DNA of 64,000 nt from Candidatus Zixiibacteriota bacterium (GCA_043819555.1 JBDREQ010000063.1:96001-160000), one strand, 5' to 3'; positions 20,989 through 30,755 are shown, counted from the stretch's first letter. A program made the numbers and translations. Notes: generated by a model from the letters alone, not told the origin.

Positions 20989-23061
20989 ATGAAAAAATTC
21001 TTTTTTCTTTCCGCATTGTTAACCCTCCTCACATTTATTACCCCCGCCCTGGCACAGGATTATGGCAATGCCATTATCTATGATATGCCGCAGGAACAAA
21101 TAGACAGGATATTCGATATTCCACCGGGGTCAAAACTGACTCCTGAAAAATTGAAATCAATTACCGATTATCGCTTTACCGGTGATAATGTTCGCATTCT
21201 GGCAATTCCACTCGAATGGAATAACAGGCCAGGTACAGTAACTCGAGAAACTATTGATAGCCTCCTCTTTTCCCGCGATGTTTTCGCCGGAGGTTCAGTT
21301 GCTGATTATTATCATGAAGTCTCATTCGGTCGGGTGGAAGTAACCGGCGATGTTGTTGATTGGTACAACGCCGGATATTACACGGGAGAAAACTGGTTCG
21401 GCTTTAATGACGTTCTGTATGCATTGAATCCTTCCGTGGATTATTCACAGTACGATGGCGACGGCGACGGTGTGGTTGATGTAATTGTTTTCATTCGCGC
21501 CGGTACCGGGCAGGAAGATACTCGTGATTACGAAGATATCTGGTCATTTGCCGTAACTTACGGCGGTAATGGTTTGGGTCCTCTTGACGGTGTGCGTATT
21601 AAGACATGGAATACCTCGCCTGAACTATTTCCGCTCCGCTGGCCTGAAAATCCAACTATTTTTTCAGGCGAAAAGATAACAAACAGCATTCGCGTTTTTT
21701 GCCATGAAATTGGACATAGCCTGGGATTGCCTGACCTGTATGATTATGACGACAAACTGTTGGAATCATCATTTTATACACCCAACGACAACAACGATCA
21801 TCCACTATATGACTGGTGCACGATGGGTTTTGGGGGATATGGTTTGTTTTCAATCCGTTCGACGACTCCATCACATTTATGCGGATGGAGTAAAAAATCA
21901 TTAGGGTGGATTGAGCCGGTGGTATTAATGGGGGAATATGAACAAGTGGTGATGAATCCAATAACGATCAGCGGCGAAAACTCTCTTTTTATGGTTCCGA
22001 TTAATCCTCTTGAAGGTGAGTACTTTCTTCTTGAATATAGAAACAATCATCCCAATGCTCAATTTGACCGTACGGATTCTGATTTTAGCTGTTATTTCTG
22101 GCCGGATATAACTTATGGCGCCGATCCCAAGGATGAAGGGCTTCTTATAACTCATGTCCACGATTCACTGCCATCGGGCAGTTATCGGATGAACAATGGC
22201 ACCCCGACTTATCCCCATTATACCGTTATTGTTGAAGATATTGGGTACAATCCGGGCATGGATTATACCAATAATCCCGATGGACGCGTATCCGACAGCG
22301 CCGAATGGTGGTATCCTTATGAATCCCGCAAATCGGCGTTGTTTAATCCCGACATTCCCGGTAAAGCCGAATTTTCGCCAACAACGACCCCATCCAGCGA
22401 CGGATATAATGGTCCTACCGGAATTATTATCAGGGTTGACTATATGGATGAGGATCAGCTCATTGCCTATCTTTTTAATCCTTATAATGATACCGATCTG
22501 GATGGAACGCAGGACCCGGATGATAATTGTCCCACTACCTTTAATCCCGATCAAGCCAATTCTGATGCTGATGATTACGGAGATGCCTGCGACAATTGTC
22601 CTCAGACAGATAATCCCGATCAGACAGATTCTGATCAGGACGGCAACGGAGATGATTGCGATATATGTATCGGCTCTGACGATTACGCTGATGCCGATGG
22701 CGATGGCGTTCCCGACGGATGCGATATTTGTCCCGGATATAGCGATTTCGACGACGGCGATGGTGATTTAGTTCCCGATGGTTGCGATAATTGCCCAGAT
22801 GTCATAAATCCGGAACAGGAAGATTCTGACGAAGACAATATCGGCGACGCTTGCGATTATATCTGCGGCGACGCCAATGGAGATAGAGACACAAACGTAG
22901 GCGATGCCGTTTTTATAATTAATCTCGCTTTCAAAGGTGGGCCGGCTCCCGTCCCTGTTGAAAGTGGGGACGCCAATTGCAACGGTAACACCGATGTCGG
23001 CGACGCCGTTTATATCATTAATCATGTCTTCAAGGGCGGACCGGCGGCTTGCTGCCCCTAG
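20989..23061 (+). CDS. Secreted M6 (immune inhibitor A-like) metalloprotease with TSP3 repeats and a C-terminal dockerin-like domain
   Basis: Signal peptide; GSVADYY.EVSFG, HEIGHSLGLPDLYD, EYFLLEYR; D.D.DG..D.CDNCP repeats; duplicated GDAN..VGDAV.IIN..FKGG. Confidence 0.88.
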   Translation: MKKFFFLSALLTLLTFITPALAQDYGNAIIYDMPQEQIDRIFDIPPGSKLTPEKLKSITDYRFTGDNVRILAIPLEWNNRPGTVTRETIDSLLFSRDVFAGGSVADYYHEVSFGRVEVTGDVVDWYNAGYYTGENWFGFNDVLYALNPSVDYSQYDGDGDGVVDVIVFIRAGTGQEDTRDYEDIWSFAVTYGGNGLGPLDGVRIKTWNTSPELFPLRWPENPTIFSGEKITNSIRVFCHEIGHSLGLPDLYDYDDKLLESSFYTPNDNNDHPLYDWCTMGFGGYGLFSIRSTTPSHLCGWSKKSLGWIEPVVLMGEYEQVVMNPITISGENSLFMVPINPLEGEYFLLEYRNNHPNAQFDRTDSDFSCYFWPDITYGADPKDEGLLITHVHDSLPSGSYRMNNGTPTYPHYTVIVEDIGYNPGMDYTNNPDGRVSDSAEWWYPYESRKSALFNPDIPGKAEFSPTTTPSSDGYNGPTGIIIRVDYMDEDQLIAYLFNPYNDTDLDGTQDPDDNCPTTFNPDQANSDADDYGDACDNCPQTDNPDQTDSDQDGNGDDCDICIGSDDYADADGDGVPDGCDICPGYSDFDDGDGDLVPDGCDNCPDVINPEQEDSDEDNIGDACDYICGDANGDRDTNVGDAVFIINLAFKGGPAPVPVESGDANCNGNTDVGDAVYIINHVFKGGPAACCP
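22489..22857 (+). repeat. Thrombospondin type-3-like Ca-binding repeats (about 6)
   Basis: Recurring DxDxDGxxDxCD(N/I)CP units in the translation. Confidence 0.8.
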
Positions 23062-23094
23062 TCAATAAAAGTGTGTGTTTTTCGCCAAAAATAA

Positions 23095-23120
23095 AAAGGC
23101 GGGCCGTATGGCCCGCCTTT
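23095..23120. terminator. Intrinsic terminator, possibly bidirectional
   Basis: AAAGGCGGGCC-GTAT-GGCCCGCCTTT; the U-tract is stronger on the minus strand. Confidence 0.8.
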
Positions 23121-23344
23121 CCTTTAACTAAGGGTCTTTTGACGTCTTAAAAAAACCTCAGTAATATATTCCTCACTCTATGTTACGATTGAAAATCAAT
23201 TTTGTTCGCTTTTTCATAATTATTTTCTGATTTTTTTTAGCACAGCACACTTTTTTCTAAAAAAAACCAAACTCTGGCGAAAACCTTTGAATCTTTTTAT
23301 TGTTATTCTTATCTAAAGGGTTAATTGCTTCTGAGGAGGTTGTT

Positions 23345-23761
23345 TTGAATATTGAAATGAACTGGCAGGGAGGCTACAAGTTTTCGGGCCAGTCAATATT
23401 CGGTCATGAAATATCGACCGATGCCTCGAAAAAAATAGGGGGCGCCGAGGATGGCTATCAGCCCCTGGAATTATTGATGTATGGTCTGGCCGGGTGCACC
23501 GGAATTGATGTGGTCCTGATAGCCGGGAAAATGAAACAGGAAATTACCGGTATTAGAATCAAAATCAACGCCGAGCAACGTGAAGAAAATCCCAGAGCCT
23601 TTACTAAAGCCCATATTGAATATATATTTGAGGGAAAAAACCTCAGCCGGGGTAAGCTGGAAAAAGCTATCAAGCTATCTGAAGAAAAATACTGCAGTGC
23701 TGCGGCCACCCTCAGCGGAGTAACTGAAATAACTCATAGCTGCATAATAAAGGGAGAATAA
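23345..23761 (+). CDS. OsmC/YhfA family protein
   Basis: PLELLMYGLAGCTGIDV, KYCS; TTG start after RBS GAGGAGG. Confidence 0.88.
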   Translation: MNIEMNWQGGYKFSGQSIFGHEISTDASKKIGGAEDGYQPLELLMYGLAGCTGIDVVLIAGKMKQEITGIRIKINAEQREENPRAFTKAHIEYIFEGKNLSRGKLEKAIKLSEEKYCSAAATLSGVTEITHSCIIKGE

Positions 23762-23763
23762 TT

Positions 23764-24156
23764 ATGAATCTCGAATATGAATTAACAACCAATAAGCCAT
23801 TTGATGCCGTTGTAAAAAGAGTAGAAGAATTAACGGCGGAAAAAATGTTTCGTGTTTTGCATATCCATGATGTCCAGTCTACTCTGGCCGATAAAGGATT
23901 TGAAAGAGGACCTTTAAAAATAATTGAAATTTGCAACGCCAAATTCGCCTATGAAGCCCTGCAAAAAGAAATGAGCGTTTCGCTGTTTATGCCCTGCAAG
24001 ATTAATGTTTTCACCTCGGCAGGGAAAACGGTAATAAAAGCCATGCGCCCGGCGGCCATATCGGAGTTTTTTCCGGAAGCTGGTTTGGGTGATCTGGCGT
24101 CCGCTGTGGACAAAACGATTATTGATATAGTCGATGGCGCTGTTAAAGGAGAATAA
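23764..24156 (+). CDS. DUF302 domain protein
   Basis: [27 protein letters not shown]. Confidence 0.85.
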   Translation: MNLEYELTTNKPFDAVVKRVEELTAEKMFRVLHIHDVQSTLADKGFERGPLKIIEICNAKFAYEALQKEMSVSLFMPCKINVFTSAGKTVIKAMRPAAISEFFPEAGLGDLASAVDKTIIDIVDGAVKGE

Positions 24157-24161
24157 ATTTT

Positions 24162-24371
24162 ATGCCAATTTTCGAATACAAATGCAAAGACTGCGGCCAT
24201 TGTTTTGAAAAGCTGGTCGGAGTGACCGAACCGGAAGGCTTCCCTTTGTGCCCGAAATGCGGGTCAGATAATTGCGAAAAACAATTTTCCGCTTTTGCCG
24301 TGAATTCATCAGGAAATTCTACCGCCAAAGCCGCTCCTTCATGCGCTGACAGCGGCTGCGGATTTACCTGA
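24162..24371 (+). CDS. FmdB family zinc-ribbon protein (possibly Sec-extended to 24380)
   Basis: [25 protein letters not shown]. Confidence 0.88.
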   Translation: MPIFEYKCKDCGHCFEKLVGVTEPEGFPLCPKCGSDNCEKQFSAFAVNSSGNSTAKAAPSCADSGCGFT

Positions 24372-24412
24372 AACGCCTAATGAGAATTATGCCGGTGGCG
24401 TAATAATTTATT

Positions 24413-24907
24413 ATGAAAAAATCTAACCTTCTATTTTTGGCTATTGTCACCATAGCGCTTTTGGCAGTTTACGGCTTTAATGGCCAGTTCAATAAGCCAG
24501 GTATTGAATGGCGCGAAAAAATCGACTGGACCAACCCTTCAATCTCAAAAGAACAAGTTGAACAAAAAGGTAAGCCAATTTTCGTTCTGGTCAGCACCAA
24601 ATGGTGCCGGTTTTGCAACATGATGAAAGCGCAGACATTCACCGACGAAAATGTTCAGACCCAGATGAATCAGAATCTTGTCAGTATTTATATTGATCCA
24701 GAAACCGAAGGCATAGCCAATTTTCTGGGTGGATCTCTAACATTTCCTCAATTTGCCTCAAAATTCAGTGTTAACGGCTATCCCACAATGCTGTTTTTCA
24801 CTCCCCGCGGTGAACTTATTGGCAGCAAATCAGGTTATCTCTCCACCGATCAAATGCTTGAACTGATTGATTATTTTGATCAATATTCATCATCTCGAAC
24901 CATTTAG
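24413..24907 (+). CDS. Exported thioredoxin-fold protein (SoxW/DUF255-like)
   Basis: Signal or anchor segment; WCRFC; cis-Pro motif GYPT. Confidence 0.8.
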   Translation: MKKSNLLFLAIVTIALLAVYGFNGQFNKPGIEWREKIDWTNPSISKEQVEQKGKPIFVLVSTKWCRFCNMMKAQTFTDENVQTQMNQNLVSIYIDPETEGIANFLGGSLTFPQFASKFSVNGYPTMLFFTPRGELIGSKSGYLSTDQMLELIDYFDQYSSSRTI

Positions 24908-25015
24908 TAAATGGCGCGTATAATTTCTCCAGAGTCTTTGCCGACAATTGCAAAAAAAAACGTTTCACAACTTGTGGAATTTTCCTTATGTTTTCCCCAT
25001 TCGAAAGGACGGGAT

Positions 25016-25654
25016 ATGAAAAATAGCAGATACAGAATTAGACTTACTAAGTTATCAATAATCCTGATTTGTTCTTCATTTATTATTTCGTGCGGTGGAA
25101 ATTCAGGCGATCCTGATAAATTATCATCCGAACAGGTTGAATTGGTCAGGAAATATCAGACCATGAAATTGGCTGGTCTGGCTGGCGATGTTAAGACATT
25201 TCTCTCAATGCGTGATTCGGTCACTAATTTTGAAATTGGTAACTATCATAAAAACTGGGGCTGGACCGTCGATTCAACTAAAGTTGTCAAATGGACGACA
25301 AATTGGCCAGATGTTGCCGGTTTGCCTATTATACAGGATACTTCGGATGGGGAATGGCGCCGAATAGTCTTCACTCATGCCCCGACAATCCTTGAAGATG
25401 GCAAGGAAGCGGTTATGTGTGTGGTAATTATTTTGCGCAAAAACGGCGATGAATGGAAAGTTTCTAACGTCACTCGAAGTATGAATTCGGTTAATAACCC
25501 GGATGGATCAAAAGCGGTTTTGAATGAGTTATCTTTCCATCGTCTATTCAGGATTCCGCCCGTCTTCGATGATTTACGCAAATTGCCCGGGCAGGGAGGA
25601 GATTCATTGAAAGTCAAGGATGAGGCGACGAGGGCCCAGCCTACTGGCCGATAA
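25016..25654 (+). CDS. Hypothetical lipoprotein
   Basis: ATG at 25016 after GGGA; basic then hydrophobic leader with IISC lipobox. Confidence 0.55.
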   Translation: MKNSRYRIRLTKLSIILICSSFIISCGGNSGDPDKLSSEQVELVRKYQTMKLAGLAGDVKTFLSMRDSVTNFEIGNYHKNWGWTVDSTKVVKWTTNWPDVAGLPIIQDTSDGEWRRIVFTHAPTILEDGKEAVMCVVIILRKNGDEWKVSNVTRSMNSVNNPDGSKAVLNELSFHRLFRIPPVFDDLRKLPGQGGDSLKVKDEATRAQPTGR

Positions 25655-27833
25655 CCGTCAGATGAGCATACAAGGCGATTAGTTTCTTGGGCCCAAATGA
25701 ATAAAAATCAACATCGACGCGCATATTTTCACCAGAACCGTTTATTGATATGACGCGCCCCTGACCAAACTTGGGATGCTCAACAATACAACCCGGACGC
25801 ATTCCCTCACCGTTTTCATATTCATAATAAATCCCTTCAGGTTTTTTTGGAGTCGGGGTTTTCATATTATTTATTGTCCGGGCTGGGCCAAATTCATATT
25901 TATAAGACCTTCGGTCAATCTTGTCAGTGATATCTTCCGGAATCTCCCGCAAAAAACGAGAAGGCATTGATTCAGTTCCTCCAAAGCGATGACGAAACCG
26001 TGCCGCCGTTAATAATAATTGATATCTTGCCCGCGTCGTCCCCACGTAAAATAGCCGTCTTTCTTCCTCAAGCATGGCCGGATCATCGAATGCTCGCGCC
26101 AGTGGGAAAAGTCCATCTTCCAGGCCGGTAATAAAAACAGTATCGTATTCCAGACCCTTGACGTTGTGCAGCGTCATCAATGTCAATTTTTCATCCGTAT
26201 CCTGATAATTGTCAAGGTCGGTGTAGAGCGTAATCTCGGCCAGAAAATTATCAAGTGTAGGTTCGGCGTTATGATGAAAAAACTCCGCCGCTGCGGCAAT
26301 AAATTCATCAAGATTCTCCAGACGGTTTTCACCGGCCACCGGATCATCATCAACCAGCGCCTTATCCAATTCGGTCTCATCAATGATTTGCTGAATTAAT
26401 CTATCAATCGGGAGATGATTGGAATCCTCAACGAATTTTCCAATCAAGTTCGCGAATTTTTGAAATCCTCGCCGGGCGCGATTATTTATTATTTCAATCA
26501 ATTGGGCTTGCCGCGACGCTTCCAAAAGGGATAAATTATGTTCTCTCGCATAATCAGATAACTTTTCCAGCGACGTCTGACCCAGAGAACGTTTGGGGTA
26601 ATTGACGATGCGAACAAACGATGCTTCATCCTTGGCGTTGGAGATCAGTTTCAGATAAGCGACGATATCTTTAATTTCCTTGCGTTGATAGAAAGACATA
26701 CCGCCGATAATTTGATAAGGCGTATTTTCGCGCCGCAAAGTTTCTTCGAAAGCGCGAGATTGCGCGTTGGTCCGGTACAAAACTACCATTTGCTTAAGCG
26801 AATATTTTTCCCGCATGGCCAGACAGCGATTTATTACCCAATCGGCCTCATCGCCCTGAGATTCATATAGGCCGACAATTATTTTATCTCCGCCCTCAAT
26901 TTCTGACCAGAGGATTTTATCTTTGCGCGAAGTGTTATTTTTAATAACCGATGACGCGGCGCTTAGAATCAATTGAGTACTCCTATAATTCTGCTCCAAC
27001 TTGATAACTTCAGCGCCCGGATAATCATTTTCAAAATTAAGAATATTTGAAATATCAGCCCCTCGCCAGCCATAAATCGATTGATCCTCATCGCCAACCA
27101 CGCAGATATTTTTATCCGTCCCGGTCAGAGCTTTTAATAATAAATACTGGGCATGATTTGTATCCTGATATTCATCGACCATGATATAGCGGAAACGATT
27201 TTGCCATTTTTGACTAACATCCGCTTTTTCGCTTAGAATTCTGACTGTCATTGCAATCAAATCATCAAAATCAAATGCGGCCGATTGACGGAGTTTTTTT
27301 TCATAGAGCATGAATACCCGGGCAACTTTTTCATCATAATATCCGTCGGCTTCGGCGGTGAACATCTCGGCGGTATAAAGACTATTTTTGGCGGAAGAAA
27401 TCTTTCTCAAGACCGAATCTGGTGTAAATTGAGATGTGCCGTTCAATCCTAATTCATTAATTGACCGTTTAATCAAAGATTTGCTGTCATCGCTGTCGAG
27501 AATTGTGAAGTTAGACGGATACCCCAGATGCTTTGCTTCCTGACGCAGAAAACGGGAACAAAATGAATGAAATGTCGAGACCCACATCCGGTCAATATCA
27601 AATCCCAGAAGCGATTCAATCCGTTCTTTCATCTCACCGGCAGCTTTATTGGTAAAGGTCACTGCCAGAACTTCCCACGGCTTTGCCTTTTGTTCGGAAA
27701 TAATATAAGCCAGACGATGCGTCAGTACTCGGGTCTTGCCCGATCCGGCTCCGGCCACGACCAAGAGAGGACCTTCGGTTTTGGTAACCGCCGAAAGCTG
27801 GCGGTTATTGAGATTGTCAAGCAACCTGCTCAT
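25641..27833 (-). CDS. pcrA: ATP-dependent DNA helicase PcrA/UvrD
   Basis: AGAGSGKT, TFTNKAA, VDEYQD, QNYRS, EERRLFYVG.TRA, C-terminal Tudor-like HPKFG.G; ATG at 27833. Confidence 0.95.
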   Translation of the reverse strand: MSRLLDNLNNRQLSAVTKTEGPLLVVAGAGSGKTRVLTHRLAYIISEQKAKPWEVLAVTFTNKAAGEMKERIESLLGFDIDRMWVSTFHSFCSRFLRQEAKHLGYPSNFTILDSDDSKSLIKRSINELGLNGTSQFTPDSVLRKISSAKNSLYTAEMFTAEADGYYDEKVARVFMLYEKKLRQSAAFDFDDLIAMTVRILSEKADVSQKWQNRFRYIMVDEYQDTNHAQYLLLKALTGTDKNICVVGDEDQSIYGWRGADISNILNFENDYPGAEVIKLEQNYRSTQLILSAASSVIKNNTSRKDKILWSEIEGGDKIIVGLYESQGDEADWVINRCLAMREKYSLKQMVVLYRTNAQSRAFEETLRRENTPYQIIGGMSFYQRKEIKDIVAYLKLISNAKDEASFVRIVNYPKRSLGQTSLEKLSDYAREHNLSLLEASRQAQLIEIINNRARRGFQKFANLIGKFVEDSNHLPIDRLIQQIIDETELDKALVDDDPVAGENRLENLDEFIAAAAEFFHHNAEPTLDNFLAEITLYTDLDNYQDTDEKLTLMTLHNVKGLEYDTVFITGLEDGLFPLARAFDDPAMLEEERRLFYVGTTRARYQLLLTAARFRHRFGGTESMPSRFLREIPEDITDKIDRRSYKYEFGPARTINNMKTPTPKKPEGIYYEYENGEGMRPGCIVEHPKFGQGRVISINGSGENMRVDVDFYSFGPKKLIALYAHLTVIGQ

Positions 27834-27871
27834 AGGGGAACTAATATAGAAAGTATCAGACCGATTGGCAA

Positions 27872-29065
27872 TCACTCATAGAGCAACATTTCGATTATTT
27901 TATCAGCCAACAGAAAGCCGGAATCAGTCAAGCACAAACGATTGTCCTCAATCTCAAGAAAGCCGTCGTTTATAAAAGCGGCGGCTATTTTCCCTTCAAG
28001 TAATTCCAGAGCCCGCTCACCAAATTCCCTCAATAGTTTTTTCTTATCAATTCCAGGATTCGTGCGCAATGACAGCATAACTGTTTCGGTAAATTTCTGC
28101 TCCCGACTGAGATTCTCGATTCCCGCAATGGGGAAACGCCCTTCCTCAATCATATTGAGATACGAATCGATATCTGATACATTATGGTATCGGTGATTAT
28201 TGATATATCCATGCGCGGCCGGACCGAGTCCAATGTATGGAGAGCCATCCCAGTAAGATATATTTTGACGGCACCGGAACTCTTCGGGAGCGAAATTTGA
28301 TACTTCGTAACGCGCGTATTTTCTATCCATCAAAATATGCGAACCCAATCTGTACATTTGAGCCTGTTTATCTTCGCCGGGCAAAACGAGTTTTCCCGAT
28401 TTTATTTTCCTCTCAAGAGCTGTTCCCGGTTCCACCGTCAATTGATAAAATGAAATATGGTTGGGTTCCAGCGCCAGCACGCGGTCGATATCGCCGCGTA
28501 ATTTCTTCATTGTCTGACCGGGGAGGCCAAATATTAAGTCAGCTCCGATATTTTTATATCCGGCCATGCGGGCGTTATAAAACGCCTGATAAATATTCTT
28601 TGAATTTTGAGACCGGCCTAATTTCTTAAGAGATTTTTCATCAAATGACTGAATACCTATTATTATTCTATTCGCCCCAAGCCTAAATGTCTTTTCCGCA
28701 AAAGCAGCAGTCAAGGATTCGGGGTTGGTTTCGATGCTGAATTCAAATCCGGATGAAAAAGTACAAAATCCGCCGACCAATGATATCCATTTTTCAAGAA
28801 ATTGAGTATCGAAAAGCGTCGGTGTCCCGCCTCCGATATAAATTGATGAAATCTCCACCGGTTCCTGCTCAAATGCCGATAAAACCATTTCTGTTTCTCG
28901 AAGTAACGCCCGGTAATACCGCTGCGCCAGTTCATCCGAGTATTTAACTTTAAAAAAATCGCAATAGTCGCAGAGATTATCGCAAAAAGGAAAATGGACG
29001 TAGAGGGCCAGAGGCCCCGGATACGGTTTGAAAACTGAATTAATCGAGAGACCCGAGGCGGTCAA
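27872..29065 (-). CDS. hemW: Radical SAM heme chaperone HemW (HemN-like)
   Basis: LYVHFPFC..LC.YCDF, GGGTPT, YEVSNFA, YW; start uncertain, TTG at 29065 chosen. Confidence 0.85.
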   Translation of the reverse strand: MTASGLSINSVFKPYPGPLALYVHFPFCDNLCDYCDFFKVKYSDELAQRYYRALLRETEMVLSAFEQEPVEISSIYIGGGTPTLFDTQFLEKWISLVGGFCTFSSGFEFSIETNPESLTAAFAEKTFRLGANRIIIGIQSFDEKSLKKLGRSQNSKNIYQAFYNARMAGYKNIGADLIFGLPGQTMKKLRGDIDRVLALEPNHISFYQLTVEPGTALERKIKSGKLVLPGEDKQAQMYRLGSHILMDRKYARYEVSNFAPEEFRCRQNISYWDGSPYIGLGPAAHGYINNHRYHNVSDIDSYLNMIEEGRFPIAGIENLSREQKFTETVMLSLRTNPGIDKKKLLREFGERALELLEGKIAAAFINDGFLEIEDNRLCLTDSGFLLADKIIEMLLYE

Positions 29066-29849
29066 GGCGCATACGGGTGGGGAAAGTTTTGAGATTGTGC
29101 CAGATAATTTCGAAAGTTTCGCCGATGTACGGCGCTTTCCATTCCGGTGAGCTGGGATCGGGTGCATATGAGAAATATACGAAAACTGCCTTGCCTTTGA
29201 TATACCTTTTATCGAGACAGCCCCAGAAACGGCTATCCTGACTGTCGTCGCGGTTGTCGCCGAGAACAAACACTTGATTGGCGGGGACCATCATCGGGCC
29301 AAAATTGTCGCGGTTGGACAACACCGAGGGGAATATTCGATAATCAATATGCTTAGACATTGGCGGTATCGGAGCCACCTGACCGTCAACATATAGAACC
29401 TTGTCGATTATCTCAACCGTTTGGCCTTCAACAGCGGCGATTCTCTTGATAAAATCTTTGGATTCCTCAAACGGATTTTCAAACACAATAATATCACTCG
29501 CCTGAGGGGGCGACCAGTTGTAGGCCAGTTTATTGACGAAAATAAAGTCGCCCTCGGTCAGGGTCTCTTCCATTGAACCTGATGATACGCGGTAAGCCGA
29601 TACAATGAAAACCCTCAGGATCAAAGCCGCCAGAAGAGCTATTGCTATCGTTTCAACGTACTGCCGCCATATTGGTTTTTCGATTCTGGTCTTTTTGCCT
29701 GACCGCTGAGGAGTGACTTCCCGCCGGCGCAAAAACTCGCCGGTTTCATAACCGGCATCATATCTGGTATCATTCCCGTTTTTATATCCGGTTTCCTGAC
29801 CATTATCAAGGCCGGATTTATTCCCGTATTGTGTTTCATTAAAATCCAT
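29040..29849 (-). CDS. lepB: Signal peptidase I
   Basis: SGSME.TL..GD, FIKR, GDNRDDSQDSRFWG. Confidence 0.93.
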   Translation of the reverse strand: MDFNETQYGNKSGLDNGQETGYKNGNDTRYDAGYETGEFLRRREVTPQRSGKKTRIEKPIWRQYVETIAIALLAALILRVFIVSAYRVSSGSMEETLTEGDFIFVNKLAYNWSPPQASDIIVFENPFEESKDFIKRIAAVEGQTVEIIDKVLYVDGQVAPIPPMSKHIDYRIFPSVLSNRDNFGPMMVPANQVFVLGDNRDDSQDSRFWGCLDKRYIKGKAVFVYFSYAPDPSSPEWKAPYIGETFEIIWHNLKTFPTRMRLDRLGSLD

Positions 29850-29909
29850 ATATGAATGTTATCGGAAAGAGAGCTACAAAGCTTAGGGCTCTAACAATCT
29901 ATTTAAACT

Positions 29910-29931
29910 AAAAAAGCCGCCCGAGGGCGGC
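29910..29931 (-). terminator. Intrinsic terminator
   Basis: Minus strand GCCGCCCTCGGGCGGC-TTTTTT. Confidence 0.75.
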
Positions 29932-29951
29932 CATGAATTTTTTTGGACCAT

Positions 29952-30755
29952 TTATTTTTGCTGTTTATTCTGCCAGTCTTTTTCCATTTTTCTAAGGGCT
30001 GAGAATCGGAGCAGAATATCTTTTTTTTCGTTTTCAAGTTTATCGAGGTACTCCTGCAATTTTTCCGGCGTCAGACCCAAATCGCTTTTCTGTTCTTCGG
30101 TCAGACTGTTGATGCGTTCCTTTTCATCCATTAGTTCTTTATACTGAATCTCATCGGCGGCATGATTGCCGGGAAACCACTGGCTATGATTCAAATCGCG
30201 AATGATGTTTTCCCGCGTTACCATGCCCGCTCCGGGGATCTGGTAATGCACTCCGCGCGGGGAATATATTTCCCAGACAACGCCGCGCTTGCCGAATTTT
30301 GGAATCACGCCAAAATAAACGAGTCGTAACGAATCAGACATGATGCTGTGCTGTTTTCTGGCTTTTACGATTACCGAATCGGGATTATAATGATGATAGC
30401 TGAATTTGCCGTCATGCATCGCGTAATACGGCGGCGACATCTTCCCGATCGACAATAGAACCGATTGACCGGTTTTTTGATTGACTTCAATTTCGGCCTG
30501 AAAGAACCCATCCTTCAGGAAATACAAAAGATAGAAGTCGTCTCGGCGCATTGATTTCGAATGAACCGGAAGGATGATAATCGTATCATAATCGATGCGG
30601 TAATGATAAGATTGGTCCGTCAGGTTTTTGATATCTTCTTTGCCGATTTTAAGCGCTTTATTAAGCGACACATCCGCGGCCGCCATTCCCGAGACGCCCA
30701 GCGCAATAATAAATAAAACGAATACTTTAGCGGTTTGCATCTTTTGCCTTTTCAA
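29952..30755 (-). CDS. Secreted hypothetical protein with coiled-coil C-terminus
   Basis: Signal peptide (..GMAAA|D); overlaps lptC; may start at 30740. Confidence 0.6.
   Translation of the reverse strand: MKRQKMQTAKVFVLFIIALGVSGMAAADVSLNKALKIGKEDIKNLTDQSYHYRIDYDTIIILPVHSKSMRRDDFYLLYFLKDGFFQAEIEVNQKTGQSVLLSIGKMSPPYYAMHDGKFSYHHYNPDSVIVKARKQHSIMSDSLRLVYFGVIPKFGKRGVVWEIYSPRGVHYQIPGAGMVTRENIIRDLNHSQWFPGNHAADEIQYKELMDEKERINSLTEEQKSDLGLTPEKLQEYLDKLENEKKDILLRFSALRKMEKDWQNKQQK

Noticed and set aside
22196..22771. 191-aa alternative-frame ORF rich in Ile/Met/Thr/Pro
   Set aside because: Frame shadow of the Asp-rich TSP3 repeats of the protease
29066..29269. Long N-terminal extension of the hemW ORF in the track
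   Set aside because: It overlaps the lepB coding region in another frame and lacks HemW-like sequence; the start was moved to about 29065
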